DNA of 63,698 nucleotides, filler included, from Reticulomyxa filosa (Eukaryota; Protista; Foraminifera), in assembly GCA_000512085.1 (NCBI GenBank). It is 20 parts of 20 records of this genome, joined end to end, with 100 filler letters (N's around TTAATTAATTAA, not from the genome) between each part and the next. Parts side by side here need not be neighbours in the genome. Positions count along the whole stretch, not along the records: positions 36,694 to 43,353 come from ASPP01036797.1; positions 43,454 to 46,368 come from ASPP01006365.1; positions 46,469 to 52,982 come from ASPP01028163.1; 17 more parts are not named here. One strand, given 5' to 3'. Shown piece after piece: positions 38,460 to 51,869 of this stretch. The translations under genes were made by a program, and so were the position numbers. Position 1 is the first letter of the stretch. The number at the start of each line of letters is the position of its first letter. The notes below the pieces were generated by a model. It saw nothing but the letters and a program-made list of their open reading frames with translations. It had not been told where the DNA came from and did no database searches.

Positions 38460-38897
38460 TTATGTTTTTCGTTTGGAAGAAAAGGTTCCTCTTTTATGGC
38501 CCCATTGTCTTGTCTTGGAGTTGACTGCTTGCGATGATGTCTGCCGGCGATTTTTATTCCCGGTTGGTGTTTTTTCTCCATTGCTGATGTTTGTGTTATT
38601 GTTATTTGTGGAACGATGCCTTGGACTCATAGTATAAGGTCCACTGCCCACGATCGTTCCCCCGTGTGCATTGCTTCCATCTCCATTGCCGCGATCAATA
38701 TGTCCAATATTGTCATTGAGATTGGAATGATCATTCGAGCTGCTGCCCCTTCGAGACGATGCTAAGTCACTCAGTTTTTGGCGTGCAACCCGGTTTGAGC
38801 TGGGTTTTTTGCCTGAGTTTGTGTCATGGTGGTAGGGCTGAGTGGTTTGTTTTTCATGTTCTCTGGTCGATGGAGCCCGCTTGTATTTGCTATATGC

Positions 38898-38936
<39 letters not shown>

Positions 38937-39906
38937 CTTTATATGTATACATATACATATATATTTCAATTTATATAAACTGTTTTGGTGAGTGTTCATT
39001 GAGATATCTATTTGAAGTGTAACGATTCATTCCACGACCCATTGTTGGTGATGCATAAGGACCACGGTGTGACCCTGACATGGCGTTGTTGCCACCACCA
39101 CCACCATTGCCTCCAGTACGATAGTTGCTGTTTGAATTGATAGGCTTCCCTCGGCCTTCTGCAATGTTAAGCATTCCATTTCCAGACATGCCTCCAGACC
39201 CAGAATTGGATCCATTGGAATGGAACAGTTGAAACCCGTATCCGTCATCATAGTCATCACGGCCATACTGACTATGGTGATATCCAGACCCAGGCAGACG
39301 GGAATGTGAAATCGCAGACAATCGATGCTCTTTCCCTCCACGCGAGTTGCCACTACTTCCCCCTCCTCCTCCTCCTCCTCCGTAATAACGACCGCGTCCG
39401 TTCTTGTGATTGTCATTGGAGTTGTTCATCACAGAGCCGTCGAATTCATATGACATGCCATCATCTCCCATTGGCTTATGTCTTGTCGAGCCCAAGTTGT
39501 CATGGAACGACGACGCATCTCGAGATGCAAAGCTATCGTAGCTCATCGCCGCATTTCGGGCATTGCCACCCGACGACGATGACGACGACGACGACGACGA
39601 CGACGACGGCCCTTGCATGCCCGCATGGCCCTTTCCTTGTCCATAGTTTCTCTTCCTCGATGATGAAGGTTCGTTGGTCATATTTCTTACACCTTCGTCA
39701 TGCAAATGATACATATTCGAATTGTTATTATTATTGTTGACTTGATCGGAATCAGGGGACGCTCGCATTCGTTGTGTTAAATTGTATTGATGCAGCATTC
39801 CCAAAGGAGGCAAATCCACGAAGCGCGACTCATGTGCACGAAGTTGAGACTCACTCAAGGTCCCCTTTTTTCCGGAAAAGCGGACGAAATGGAGTACTGC
39901 GAATTG

Positions 39907-39941
<35 letters not shown>

Positions 39942-42900
39942 GTAGAGTGTATATTTGGACGATGGAGATGTGACATTCTCGCCGTGGTAACTATCCACCA
40001 TCGAGGACAGGTCGTCGAGTGCGCGGTCGCTGCTGACGATGCTATTGGTGTTGTTGTTCTTGCGACGCAGGGCCATCGATTCCAAATGCTTGCGCAGCTC
40101 AAGATCGTCGAACCTCCCGATGCCAAAGCTGTTCACACTTTGTCGGTCTTCCTCTGTGAAGCGAACCGAGTTTGTCCATTGCGGGCGTTTGTATCCCGGA
40201 GGCACATTCAGTCCAAGCGGGTAATAGGAGGAGTCTTGAGACAAATGAGGTGACTGTTCATCTTCTTCATTATCTCCTTCTTCCTCTACTTCCACTTCCA
40301 CTTCCACTTCCTCTTCTACTTCTTCTTCTTCTTCTTCTTCTTCTTCGTTTCCAGTAATAATGACCATATCTTTTGTGTTTGGTTTTGACAATTGCGTCGT
40401 CACTTCCTTTTCATCTGCGTCATGGCCGTCTTCTTTTCTGCTGTGCATTGCAAGTTCCTTGTCATTCGTCTTCGCGTCAGTCACGTCCGCAGCATTGTGA
40501 CTTGGAACTGTCGCATTGGACACAAATGCAGTCGTATGTTGCGACTCCAAATTCATTGTTGTCGTCGTCGTTGTTGTTCTTCCGGACATGGCCTTATTAT
40601 TATTATTATTATTGCTATTGTCAGGGTTTGCTAATTCTTGCTGCTTTTCTACTTCCATGATTTTATCCAACTCCAATTTCTTGGCTTTCATTTTTCGCAG
40701 CATTTCTTCTCGGATTTCGTTTCGCGTTTTTTGTTTTTCTGTTTGCGCTTTCAGTGCTATTTCGTCCATTGCGCGATAGCGGTCCAATTGGTCTTTGCGC
40801 AGGTCCATTTGGCGCTCAATCCAATATTGCGGCGGACAAGGGAATGTCGAAAACTTTCGAAACGACTGCGTGTCTGCGCGCTTGTCGTCTATCTCTTGTC
40901 GACTGCTTTCGCCTGTTTTTTTTTTGCTGTCGCCCCTGCCGTTGTGCATTTCCTCCATTTCCATACCCACTCCGTCAATCAACGGCTCCGTTGCGATTTC
41001 TTTCACAAACGCATACGCGCACATGCGCAAATACATGTAATATGTAGTATTTGAAATAGAGTATATATACGTGTAGATATAAAATAAAACTTTTTAGCAA
41101 CGGCGACGCGCTCTTTGCCTTTGATTTGTTCAATTGGGATGAACTTGGTTTAGTTTTGGAGTGGCCATGTCTTTCCTTTCCCCCCTTTTTATTGGCCTTG
41201 GTATCTGCAGAGTGTTCTTTTTTCGGCTCTTTGTTTGTATTGTCAGTGCTACTAGTAGTAGTAGTAGTAGTAGTAGGAGTAACAGGAGTAGCAGTAGTAG
41301 CAGTAGTAGCAGTAGCAGTAACAGTAGCAGTAGCAGTAGTAGCAGGAGTAGTAGTAATAGGATTGACCACTTCGATTGCTGTCTTTTCCACTGTTGTTGA
41401 TTGTCCCGCATGTTCGTTATCTTTTTGTTCGTCTTCTTTTTTGTTGACTTTATCTTTGATGACGGTACTGCGTGCAGTCATCTTCACATTGTGATTGTGA
41501 TGAACGGCGGTGGTGGTAATCAATTGGAGATGCAACTGCTGCTGCTTTCGCATTTCGAAATATGCCTCTTTGCGTTTGGAATGTTCCTTTTCAATCTTTT
41601 TCTGCCATTCGGTGAGTTCGTGCCACAAGTGGGGATGATGTGAGGCAACAGCCCTGGCGGGGATGTACTCGTACATGGCAATGCGAACCTTGTTCCAAAA
41701 CTTGTCGGTGCGCGTGATCGTATTGCATTGGCCTTTGTCCATGTGATGGAACATGTTGGCCAGTAATTCCCAGCGCAAGCTATCTCTCGCGTCTAGTTTT
41801 TTCGACTCGCCAACGAGTTTCGCTTTCATTTTTATTTTCACGTTCTCTGTCTCTTTCTTTTCATCTTTGTGTGGGTCTGTTGAAGGAGATGGTTCTTCAT
41901 TTTTATGTTTCACATATTCGTCTATAATAACATTATCATTATTGGTATTGGTATTGGTATTGGTATTGGTATTGGTATTGGTATTGGTATTGGTATTATC
42001 ATTAGCATTGGCGATATTGCTCGTATTGCTTGCACTCTTTTCATTCGACGTGGTTCGTTTCTTGGTCGTCTTGCTTGTCTTTAGCCTCAGCTTGGTATTG
42101 GGCACAAAGTCTGCGGCGTCGAACAGCTGCAACAGACGCGCGTAAGCGTCCTTCCACTTTTCGCTCTTGGCGGCGTTGCCACATTTGAGCGCGCAGATGA
42201 GCAGCACATGCACCAGCTTCGACCGCAGCAAGTACGAGCGGTCCTCCGCCGTCTCGTACAGTGACAGCACGTGTAGCAATGCGTCCAGCAATTCCAGCAT
42301 GTGGTCGTCGGTTATCCTCGTCGAGTAGTCGTGTTCCTCTCTCAACTTCGTGAGTCCTTTCCACTCGGGCTTGCCTCCTGTCGTTACAATTATTTTCTTT
42401 GTCTTTTCTGCACTTGCGTTATCTTTGTCTTTTCCTTTGTCCTTATCTTTATCTTTATCTTTATCTTTATCTTTTTTTTGGGTAGTAACATGAGAACCAT
42501 GATGAGAATTGGTACGAGAATTGGAATGCGAATGCGCGTAGAGGTTATTGTCCTTTTGCATTTCTAACCGCTTTTTTGCTTGGTCTTCGAGATACCAGTT
42601 TCGTGCGTCTTGATCATGTGGAAACATGGAATCACACAGACCGGTATCCCATCCCCATCTCGAATCGTGGCGATGCAACAACATTTGTCGCAAGTCGTTT
42701 GGAAATTGCTCGTCAAAGCTTGAAATGTTCTCTTCTGGATACGGACGCGCATAATGCTCAATGTTGTCAATTACGCTCTTCAGCAATGCTATGCACTCCT
42801 TCGAATTCGTCTCCATTACTCCCGACACTCGATACACCAACTTTCGACCTTTGGACAGCACCGCAAATTGGTCCAGCTTTTTTGCTCGATAGTTATGACT

Positions 42901-43353
42901 ATGATGCGATTTCGCGCCGGGGGATAATTCCAAAAAGTGGAATAATTCTTGTCTGGCCAATTCTCGATACTCGACGCACTCGGCAAAGAATTGGTTTTGT
43001 GCTTTGTCCATTTCCCAAATGCGTTGCATTTCACTCCCGTTTAATCCATTACGCAATTGGTTGTAGTTTTCAATAGCGCCTTGGGCTTTGCTAGTTTGAT
43101 AGACGTAATAAATGGCACTATTGTAACTTTCCAAAGCAATCAATTTGTCAAACCCAATTTCAATGTTATTGCTCATCCGTAGACTTTTGAAAAAGGTTTA
43201 TTTTTTTTTTTTTTTTCGTTGTCCTTTCTATTATTATTATTACTATTATTATTGTTATTATCATTATTATGTTTTATTTTCTAAAGAGTCGGATCACAGG
43301 CATTGGTCGAGTGCAACTCAGGTGGGCTAGAACACACAGAGGAAGAGGAAGGA
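38460..43353 (-). CDS. Large multi-exon hypothetical protein with extensive low-complexity regions
   Basis: Consecutive long minus-strand ORFs (733, 393, 295, 179 aa) separated by AT-rich, (TA)n-containing introns. Contains DK, NT, poly-T, poly-E, poly-N, poly-S and poly-G tracts. Confidence 0.7.
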
Positions 43354-43453
43354 NNNNNNNNNNNNNNNNNNNNNNNNNNNNNNNNNNNNNNNNNNNNTTA
43401 ATTAATTAANNNNNNNNNNNNNNNNNNNNNNNNNNNNNNNNNNNNNNNNNNNN

Positions 43454-43838
43454 ATGGCAGTTACAGGAGTATCGAGTAACCTCTCTTCTTCTTCTTCTTC
43501 TTCTTCTTCTTCATCTCCATCAGGCTCAAGTCACAATGGCAATACTACCAATACCAATACCAATACCAATACTAATACCAAAGAAACGACGACCGACGCG
43601 GTTGGACTGCCCAACAACACAGGGCGTCTGATGCAGATTGTGGTACCGCCACACGAGTTTATGGCAAAGCTGCAAGAAAAGTGCGAACGTTTGGTTCGCT
43701 ACACTTGCACCATGCAGGTGAAAGTTGCAGCGTTACTCATGCTCTGCTATCCACTACGATATTGGGCCTCTGCTGTCAATCTCCATTGCGTCGGAAATTG
43801 GGATCTTGGCTCTGTCTCTTTATCCAATACTTCTATCT

Positions 43839-43869
<31 letters not shown>

Positions 43870-44469
43870 TTACATGTATCATCTTTTTATCTTTCTCTCT
43901 TTGCTCTTTTTCTCTACCCTTTTTTTTTTTTTTTCTAATGGTGAATATCCCAAACTCTATTACCAATACAGGGATAAAGACAAGAAATCCAGGAAGATGG
44001 ATCGCACCAATGGGAATCATTTCCATTCTGGTTGAGTTTGTTGCATTTTTGCTTGCTTGTTTGCTTGCTTTAAAATATTCAATTAATTTGATTTGATGTA
44101 TTTTTTATTTTTTTTTTTCCAAGTTTGATTGGTTGATTGCGATACACACACACACATACACAAGGCTCGAGTGCTCCTTATTTGCCAAACTGGGATCAAT
44201 TGTTTGACGAAAAAATGAGAGAAGAGACGAACAAACGCAAGACTGTAAATCTGTCTTCGCAAGTCACATCGAACCACAACAATGCCAAAGTCGAAGCTTC
44301 CGTACAAACACAAAATGGAGTCTCGGAGAACATCAAATCAACAAACAATAAAGCAGTATCCAATTGTGTGGAAACTCACACCCAATCAAAAAACGTCAAA
44401 CCAATCGCCAATGAAAAACATAAACATGGCACCAAAAACAATGGAAAAGCAAACCGAAACCGGAAGTAA
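43454..44469 (+). CDS. 3' part of a hypothetical multi-exon gene
   Basis: Coding-like blocks at 43454-43810, about 43972-44030 and 44166-44469, separated by T-rich introns. Exact phases not resolved. Confidence 0.45.
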
Positions 44470-45268
44470 CAAATATAACTGGATGAACGAAAGAGTCATC
44501 TTTGTTTGTTTTTTTATTTGTTTGTTTGTTTAATTGCAACGTTTATGCTAATTTTGCTATGTCATGTTGCCTATTTGTTTGTCTTTTTTTTTTGTTTATT
44601 TTCTTCTAATTCTTATGTTTTGTTCCTCCCTCCTTTCTTTTCAGTTTCTCTATTTGTTCCAACAAAAAATCATTATATGTTACGCTCAGCAAGCTCTTTT
44701 GATGTTTGATGACTTTGCTTTGAGAAAAAATTGTGGATCTAAATGGACAATTATGCTCATTTCCACTATCCCAATTTTTTTTTAGACCACATTCTCCATT
44801 CAATTGCCAGATGGTGTTCTTATTGGAAAACAAAAATATATGTTAGAATTTGACTTTAAAAATTGCGTTGTCTTGAGCGTGATTTTTGTTGATTGAAAGT
44901 GTTGGCTTCTTGACTTTTGAAATTGCTCCATACTCGATTGCAGTCTTAACAAAACTTTGAATAGCATACGTTCACATTAAGTATAAGCTATAATGTCACA
45001 TTTCGTTTCAGACGTATTGATAAAATTATCTGTGCTTCCCTAAACTATCACTATAAAATTATTTGTCGTGTTACATATATAAGCACGGATTTTTGTTTCA
45101 AAATAATGATATCAATTAGACTTTGAAGTGTTCGACAAACTGTAGTAAAGTGAACGAACGTGGCCGTGTTTGCTCTGAGACCCCTTTGTCTTTCAAGAAA
45201 AGTCTTTAGTTTTCTGTTTGCGTTGCTTGAACGACCTATTACCTTTTTTCGCACCCGCCTTTAAAGTA

Positions 45269-46341
45269 ATGGATAAAATGGCCAGATCAAAGGATTTCAA
45301 AAAGCAATTAAAATCTTCAAAAGGGAAAAACCGAAACATGTCGTTCCAAGTCCAGATTTCCGATTTTGTTGGTGGACTACTGGATGACATTGGCTACAAA
45401 AAAAGTGGAAGTCCAAGTTAACCTTAAAAACGGAGTGGATAATGAAAAAAAGTAGTGATTTTTTTTTGTTGTATTTCTAAGTGTTCCAATGATTGGCAAT
45501 ATCAAAACACAAAAAAAAAAAAAATGGGTAATGGGAATGATGACGAAACAGAAAAAAAGAAGACAGTTCGCCATGAGTTGTGTCCGGAGTGCAGGATGAA
45601 AGTATTGTTGAATCAGTTGAAGTATTCGGTGTCAACAAACCACTTGTTTCCATGTCTGCATGTCAACACAACGGACACAGATTTGGTGACAATGGCCTGT
45701 CAAAAGGATGTCGAAACACGAGTTTTGGACGACTTAATCAACAGAGCGAGCGCGTACTTTGACATGTCGTGTCATGTATCTCAACATGGAGAGGACGATA
45801 TTTTTCGCAAAGTTTCATGGAAGCCCTTGAAAAAAACTACTTGGGACCGCAATAATCAACCTACAGTTTTTTTTTTTTTTTTTTAAAAAAATAAAAAAGG
45901 AATTTTTTGTTAAATATACATACTTTGTTCTTTATTGTAACAAAAGAAAAGATGGATAAAAAAAAAGAGTGAGGGTGAGGAAAAAAAGTATGTATACGTA
46001 CATATACATATATACACATACATATAAAATGTCACCCAAAAAAAAAAAAAAAAAGTGTGACAACATTCGAATAACGGCAGTGAGAAGCGCATTTGTGACG
46101 ATTGCGAAAACGCAATGGGGTAACATTGAACTGCATGTGACGGGCCCTCCGATGATGAAAACGAAGCCATACACACGTCTTGGCATTGGCATTAACATGG
46201 TATCTGGGAAGGCATGGATCCCCGGCTTCATGTACATGATCACCGAAGACACAGACGTGAACCCAAAGGCGACGACCAAAAGATTGCAAAAATTGACATT
46301 CACGTTGAATTTTTCTTTAAAATTTCCTCGTAATTTTCCAG
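45269..46341 (+). CDS. Hypothetical protein, possibly with the start of a UBC/E2-like fold
   Basis: Exons near 45269-45416, 45480-45865 and 46056-46341. The segment LHVTGPP..TKPY...FTLNFSLKFPRNFP resembles the E2 pattern I-x-GP-x-TPY...F-x-L-x-I-x-FP-x-x-YP. Confidence 0.4.
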
Positions 46342-47279
46342 GTGTGTGTTTTTTTGTTTGTTTGTTTGNNNNNNNNNNNNNNNNNNNNNNNNNNNNNNNN
46401 NNNNNNNNNNNNTTAATTAATTAANNNNNNNNNNNNNNNNNNNNNNNNNNNNNNNNNNNNNNNNNNNNATCATGAGATTCAATCTGTATTGCAAAAGCGT
46501 GTTGTTGCTGCACCAGTAGGAGCAAATCAAATACACATGCGATCACAAGATTAGACTATGATATCAACCTTATCTCAAGTGCCCATGACGAAATAGCGAC
46601 GAAACGGAGCCAATAGCAATTGCAGCCAATTGGAAGGCAGTATTTGTGGCTTGTGCTTATTCACATTTAATACAATGCTTTGATCATTGTATAAATGTGT
46701 TGAGCTGTCGCTGTGTCTCTGAACATGAACAAAGGCAAAGGGGGAGGGGGGGTCGGCATTGCTTCGACTCGGAATGATGGACAGTGTTTGCGTTTGCAAT
46801 GGCAGGACTGTTCGTGCATTGGCTAGACTGAGTGACCACCACAAGGACGAGACATGGTATTGAGAGTATGAGAAAGACGACAATTATTTCTTTATTCGAA
46901 TGTCGCCTTGGAAAAGATCAATTAATCTTTGTTTGACTGTGTTAAATGATACTCCCAATAGTATTGATAGTATTAGTTGTTATTGACATTGTTTATTATG
47001 GAACGGTCACTATATTATTATTTTCTGGATATCGTTTGCACACGAAATTTTCTTTGTAATTTTTATGACGCTTCCGCTCTCACCAAGACAGCGGCGTTTT
47101 TGTACTTGTCTTCTTCTTCATTTGTTGTTCCATTATCTTCATTGTTTGTGGACTTTGCATATTCTGTTGTTGTAAAAACAAAAATAGCAAACAACAAATT
47201 AATCCAAATTGTTTAGAAATAAAAACACAAATAATCAATGGTTTTTAACTTCAATCTTTTTTCAAAAATATTCGAATCA

Positions 47280-48200
47280 TCTCCTGCCAATTTTACTTGA
47301 CAGGCTGTGTAATACTATTTTAATATTTTCCACCAAATGAACACCAATTGCATCTTGAAATGTTTTGATGCATCTTTGATGTGTCGACATCTGGGGGGGG
47401 GAGGTCACAAATACATGCAAAGAGAGAGGACTAATATTTGGCGATTATGTGCATTGTTGACTTGGAGTGAATTGAATGAAAGCAGTGGAGTGTCGCTGTA
47501 TGATTTCAAGTAAATAACATTTCGTTGCCATTTATGTTTCATTGCCATAAATTCATCCATATCACTTACAGAGTCTTGACTAGACATATGTCAATACCTT
47601 TTAGGGGTTTATTGTATTAACCACATTCTCATATTACTCCTTTCTTCTCTTCACAAGTATACTTCTTGCACATCATCACCATCTATTATTTTTCTTGACA
47701 TGACTCATATGCCACTAATGCTATTCGTCAATTTTTTTTTTTCTCTGTCCTTGACATACTCTTGTTCTTCTTGCTGTTTTTCTTTCATTTCAAATCTAAA
47801 ATAAACCACTATACAATGAAAAGATTCATATGCACATTGTCTTGAGTAAAACATATTACAACAACTTAAAATATTATAAAAACAGCAATACCTTCAAATA
47901 GGGCACATTGTCTATCATCCTTGGCATTAATAAATTGAAAGCAGCGTCAATAATAAATTAATTGTCTCAGCTTCAAATCGTGTTTCCACGAACAATCAAA
48001 TATCAAATATCAATAGAACCAATATGAACAAAATATTATTTGAGGAGTCCAGTTGCTCATAAACAGTATCAATATCATCTGCTGCCAAGAATAAGACGTT
48101 CCATGTTTCCGATTCAGCCAAGATATGTTCAATAATGAATACGTATTACATGCCCATCTGCTTACAATAAAATATTATTGCTTCATCTACATATATACAG
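47280..48200 (-). pseudogene. Heavily decayed membrane-protein gene, possibly a voltage-gated cation channel C-terminus
   Basis: Relics IAVFIIF*VVVI...MNLFI (S6-like), DMDEFMAMKHKWQ, L*PPP and VLHSLSSKIG occur in channel-like order. Many stops. Confidence 0.25.
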
Positions 48201-49396
48201 AAATAACACATCAATTTGAGATAATTGGAGAAATAGAGAGGTAACTACTTATTTCTAATTTACTTTAACTGGTTGGCCTTTTTGATCGATTGATTTAAAT
48301 GCGCGTCATTCGACTTTGAATTGCTTCTTTATGGCATCTTGATAACATTGTTATTTATTTGAATGTAATCCCAGAAATGGCTTGGAAGCAAATGTCATTT
48401 TTCACACTTTCACTTTTATTCGACATAAATTTTGAATTAATGGAGCCGGAATGATTATGTTTTGTCGTTGGTGGATGTCTTTTTAGTGATGTCGCTTTCA
48501 GGAATAGCTTGTATGTCGATATAATCGATATGCTGTTGGAGACTTATTATTAATATTTTGAAATGTAAACGATGAATACATTTGTATTCATATTATTAAC
48601 ATATTCCATGTGTTGTTGGCGACAAAGTGGTGGAGAATTGAACGAGCAGTAGATTGAATATATATAATAAAAATAATTCTTGCTTATATCTATAATGCTA
48701 TATGTATTTTTTAATATATATTTTTTTAAACGAACACAAATAAAAAAAGGATATCACTTAACTGTTGTTATCCACAAACTGGATAACAATCATTCTTCAA
48801 AAAAATCTTTATTATTCTTTTTTTCTTTCATTATTAATTATTATTTTTTTCACTTTATACAATATTCTTTTTTTTTTTCTTTTTCTTTTTTATATTATCT
48901 ATTTTCTTTTTTCTTTTTTTCCATTTTCTTTTTTATATTACCTTTTTTTTTTCCAACTTTTTCTTTCTTATTTATTATTCTATTTTTTATTATCTATTTT
49001 TTCCTATATACTTATTTTTTTTCCCATCAAATTATTAATTTTTTCATACTTTCTCCCAAACCCCTTTCAAGCAAACAACAATATACTTTTTTTGACGACT
49101 TGATACCTATACACACACACAGATAAAGTTATTTTATAATTTTTTTAAGAACAAAAAAATATATTGATAACAGTGACTAACGAAACATGATGTCCAATTT
49201 CCGGTTCTTTTTTCCTGTATGAACACCAACAATTTGTTTTTTAAGGTAGTAAGGGACAAAGATAAAGATATGTATATATGTTTTTTTTCTTTGTAGGGGG
49301 AATTCCTGTTTACTATTTTTTCACAAACACAAACACACTATTTGATAAAAGTATACAAACACATAAACATAAACATAGTCATACTTTTTTTTACTA

Positions 49397-49600
49397 CTTT
49401 CGGAGACTGGTGGATTTCAACCCCGATTTTTTTCTTCATCTTTTATTTTTTTTTTTTGTGTGAAGGTGGGGGAACTGTACTGGAACAATCTTTGACAAAT
49501 GGGAAAATCTATAGTACAAAGCACACAACATTTAAATATATTCAAAAAAAAAAAAAAGATAACAAGACAAGCCTGTTATTCTCCTTTCGGAGACTGGTGG
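49397..49600. repeat. Exact 17-nt direct repeat CTTTCGGAGACTGGTGG, two copies
   Basis: Copies at 49397-49413 and 49584-49600 in otherwise very AT-rich DNA. Confidence 0.9.
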
Positions 49601-49859
49601 TTTATTCCATATTCTTTTTTTTTTTTAAATCACAGTTTAGTGTTCTATTTTAAACATAACACAAATATATATTTTAAGTTAGATATAACCAAAAAAAAGA
49701 TTTACCTTCTATGTCACAGTGATTGCTATTTGTCCTTTGCCACCCCCCCCCCCCCCCCAGTTCAACAAAATTTGGCCACATTGTTATACTACGTATTCCT
49801 ATATACAAGTCACAACAAAAAAAAAGGATATTATTCCAACAACAATAAAAAGAACAAAG

Positions 49860-51368
49860 TTAACTTTGCAATGTCAATGATATCGTCGACCTTTGGATAA
49901 CAGCTTGGACATGTTTGCTTGTGTAATGGAGCACCCACACTAATGTATCATACGATACATTTGATATGTTTGGAGGACTAATGGCAATAATTGGAAGATA
50001 GTGGCAATGATTGGATGAGTAATGACAATATTGATAATGGCGTTTGCAATACAAATCGGTTTTGCACATGAGTGCATAGATTGCGTTTGTGCAAGTGTAA
50101 TTGAAGGTAACGCCTTTGCGGAAGGAGCGCTTCTTTGCACAAAGGTGATGTGCATCACGGCTGACTTGTTCGTCAGATGCGTTATGCTCCATCATCACAT
50201 TTGCGCAAATAGCGCTTCAATCATTCAAATGCATTAGCCTAGTAATTGGACGATGACGACGGATTCAATCACACTTTGTACCAGAAATTGCAATAATGTG
50301 TTAAAGTCGTCATTGTTGTCCACGTTACACTTGCCAATGATCTCATCCTCACACAAAGTTTTCCTGCTCTATCGTTTGATCTATCAATTTTGTTTGTTTG
50401 TTTGTTTGTTTGTTTGTTTAAAAAAAAGAAGAAAAAAAAACACTTAACATTGCAGAATCAAAACCAACGGCGAAATTGTGCGTCGATGATATAATTTTTG
50501 AGCTGTCGTTGGAATGTGCACCCATTTGGCATTGGATATCATTTGTTTTGGATATCAATACGTCCAAAAAGAAAATTTGCCACTGGTACTGATAATTGAG
50601 TTATGTGTTCGCACTGACGCTGTGCAAAGAACGGATGATATCAAATGATGGCCACGATCCTGTAATCGATTCTAATTGTTGACACAGTTCGCAATCTTCA
50701 TTTGACGGCTGCGTTTTGATCACTACTTCAACTTCGCCATCTGCCAATACAATACTGTTTCGTTTTTAAAATTTTTTTTTTTTAATCAAATCAATCATAT
50801 ATGCAATGCATTCTCCCTCTTGCCTCTTTTTTTAATGGGCAAATTTTTTTGTTATGAACATTTTTTTTTTTTTTTTTATGGACATAATTTTTTTTTTTTG
50901 TTTATTTGATCTTTTTATCACTGTTGATTACCTGTATGAAATTGCATCAAATTTGAATTTTAAAAAAGTCGGAGAGGTTCCCGAAGTTGATTGTAACATA
51001 TTCATTGCCCGCTTTTTGATATGTGCAATCTTCTCACAATTGATCAACATCGTGCTGGAGGTAAAACGTATACTTTCGTTTTCTAATACCATCGACTCCT
51101 TGTTGAAAATTCCCACAAGTGATAAGATTGCCAATTTGTAACTTTGTGGGTATTGTGCACATTTACATGCCTTTGATATCCACACGTAGTTGATGTAGTA
51201 GCTGATCAATTTATTCAATGACGCTGCCAACATGCCCCTATTGTTGTGGTGATTTGAATACGTTTGTTCTTTCGTCACGCTCTTGCTTGAGTTGAATGTA
51301 TTCGCACTCGACACAACTAGGAGTGCATTTAATACATGCATTGTAGCCAATATCAACGAGAATTTCAT
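49860..51368 (-). CDS. Hypothetical secreted Cys-rich protein, multi-exon
   Basis: MKFSLILATMHVLNALLVVSSA looks like a signal peptide. Further coding-like blocks at about 50445-50755 and 49865-50368 are rich in Cys and N-x-S/T sites. The structure is uncertain. Confidence 0.4.
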
Positions 51369-51869
51369 GCTGCTGTCAAAATAATCAAAGTTCTTTACTT
51401 GATCTTTTTTCCTCCGTTTGTACCCTCTCTTACGTGGTACTCTGAAATTGAAAGACGCCAAATGCTAGAAACAAAAAATTTTTCAGAAAATGCTTTCAAA
51501 ATCAAAAATATCAATCAATTTTCTTTTTTTTTTTTTTTTGAAAAGCTGAGTTTTTTTGTGAATATGTTTGCACAAATTCAAAATAAATATGAATTTTGGA
51601 TAGTCATCAGTGCCTTTTTCCAAAGCTAAAAGGAAAAATCGCCAACAAAATTGGACTAATTTTTAGATTGAATATTGTTGCTAATGGATGTATCATCAGC
51701 TTAGCATTTAATTTTTGTAAGCTCATTCTTACTTTTCACATCAAGTCTTTTTTTGTTCTATTTTTTTAATACATGCCAATAAAAAAACCTGACACATTTA
51801 TAGACTACGTTTCCAAAAAAATCTCAACTGGTCAATCATTCCTGTCAAATTGTTATTATCATTAAGTTG

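Noticed and set aside
39027-43076. Many overlapping antisense ORFs (poly-L, poly-V, poly-S)
   Set aside because: They are shadows of trinucleotide and hexanucleotide repeats in the real minus-strand gene.
48680-49126. Phe-rich 'membrane protein' ORFs (also 14837-15160 and 60393-60620)
   Set aside because: They are translations of T-rich non-coding DNA.
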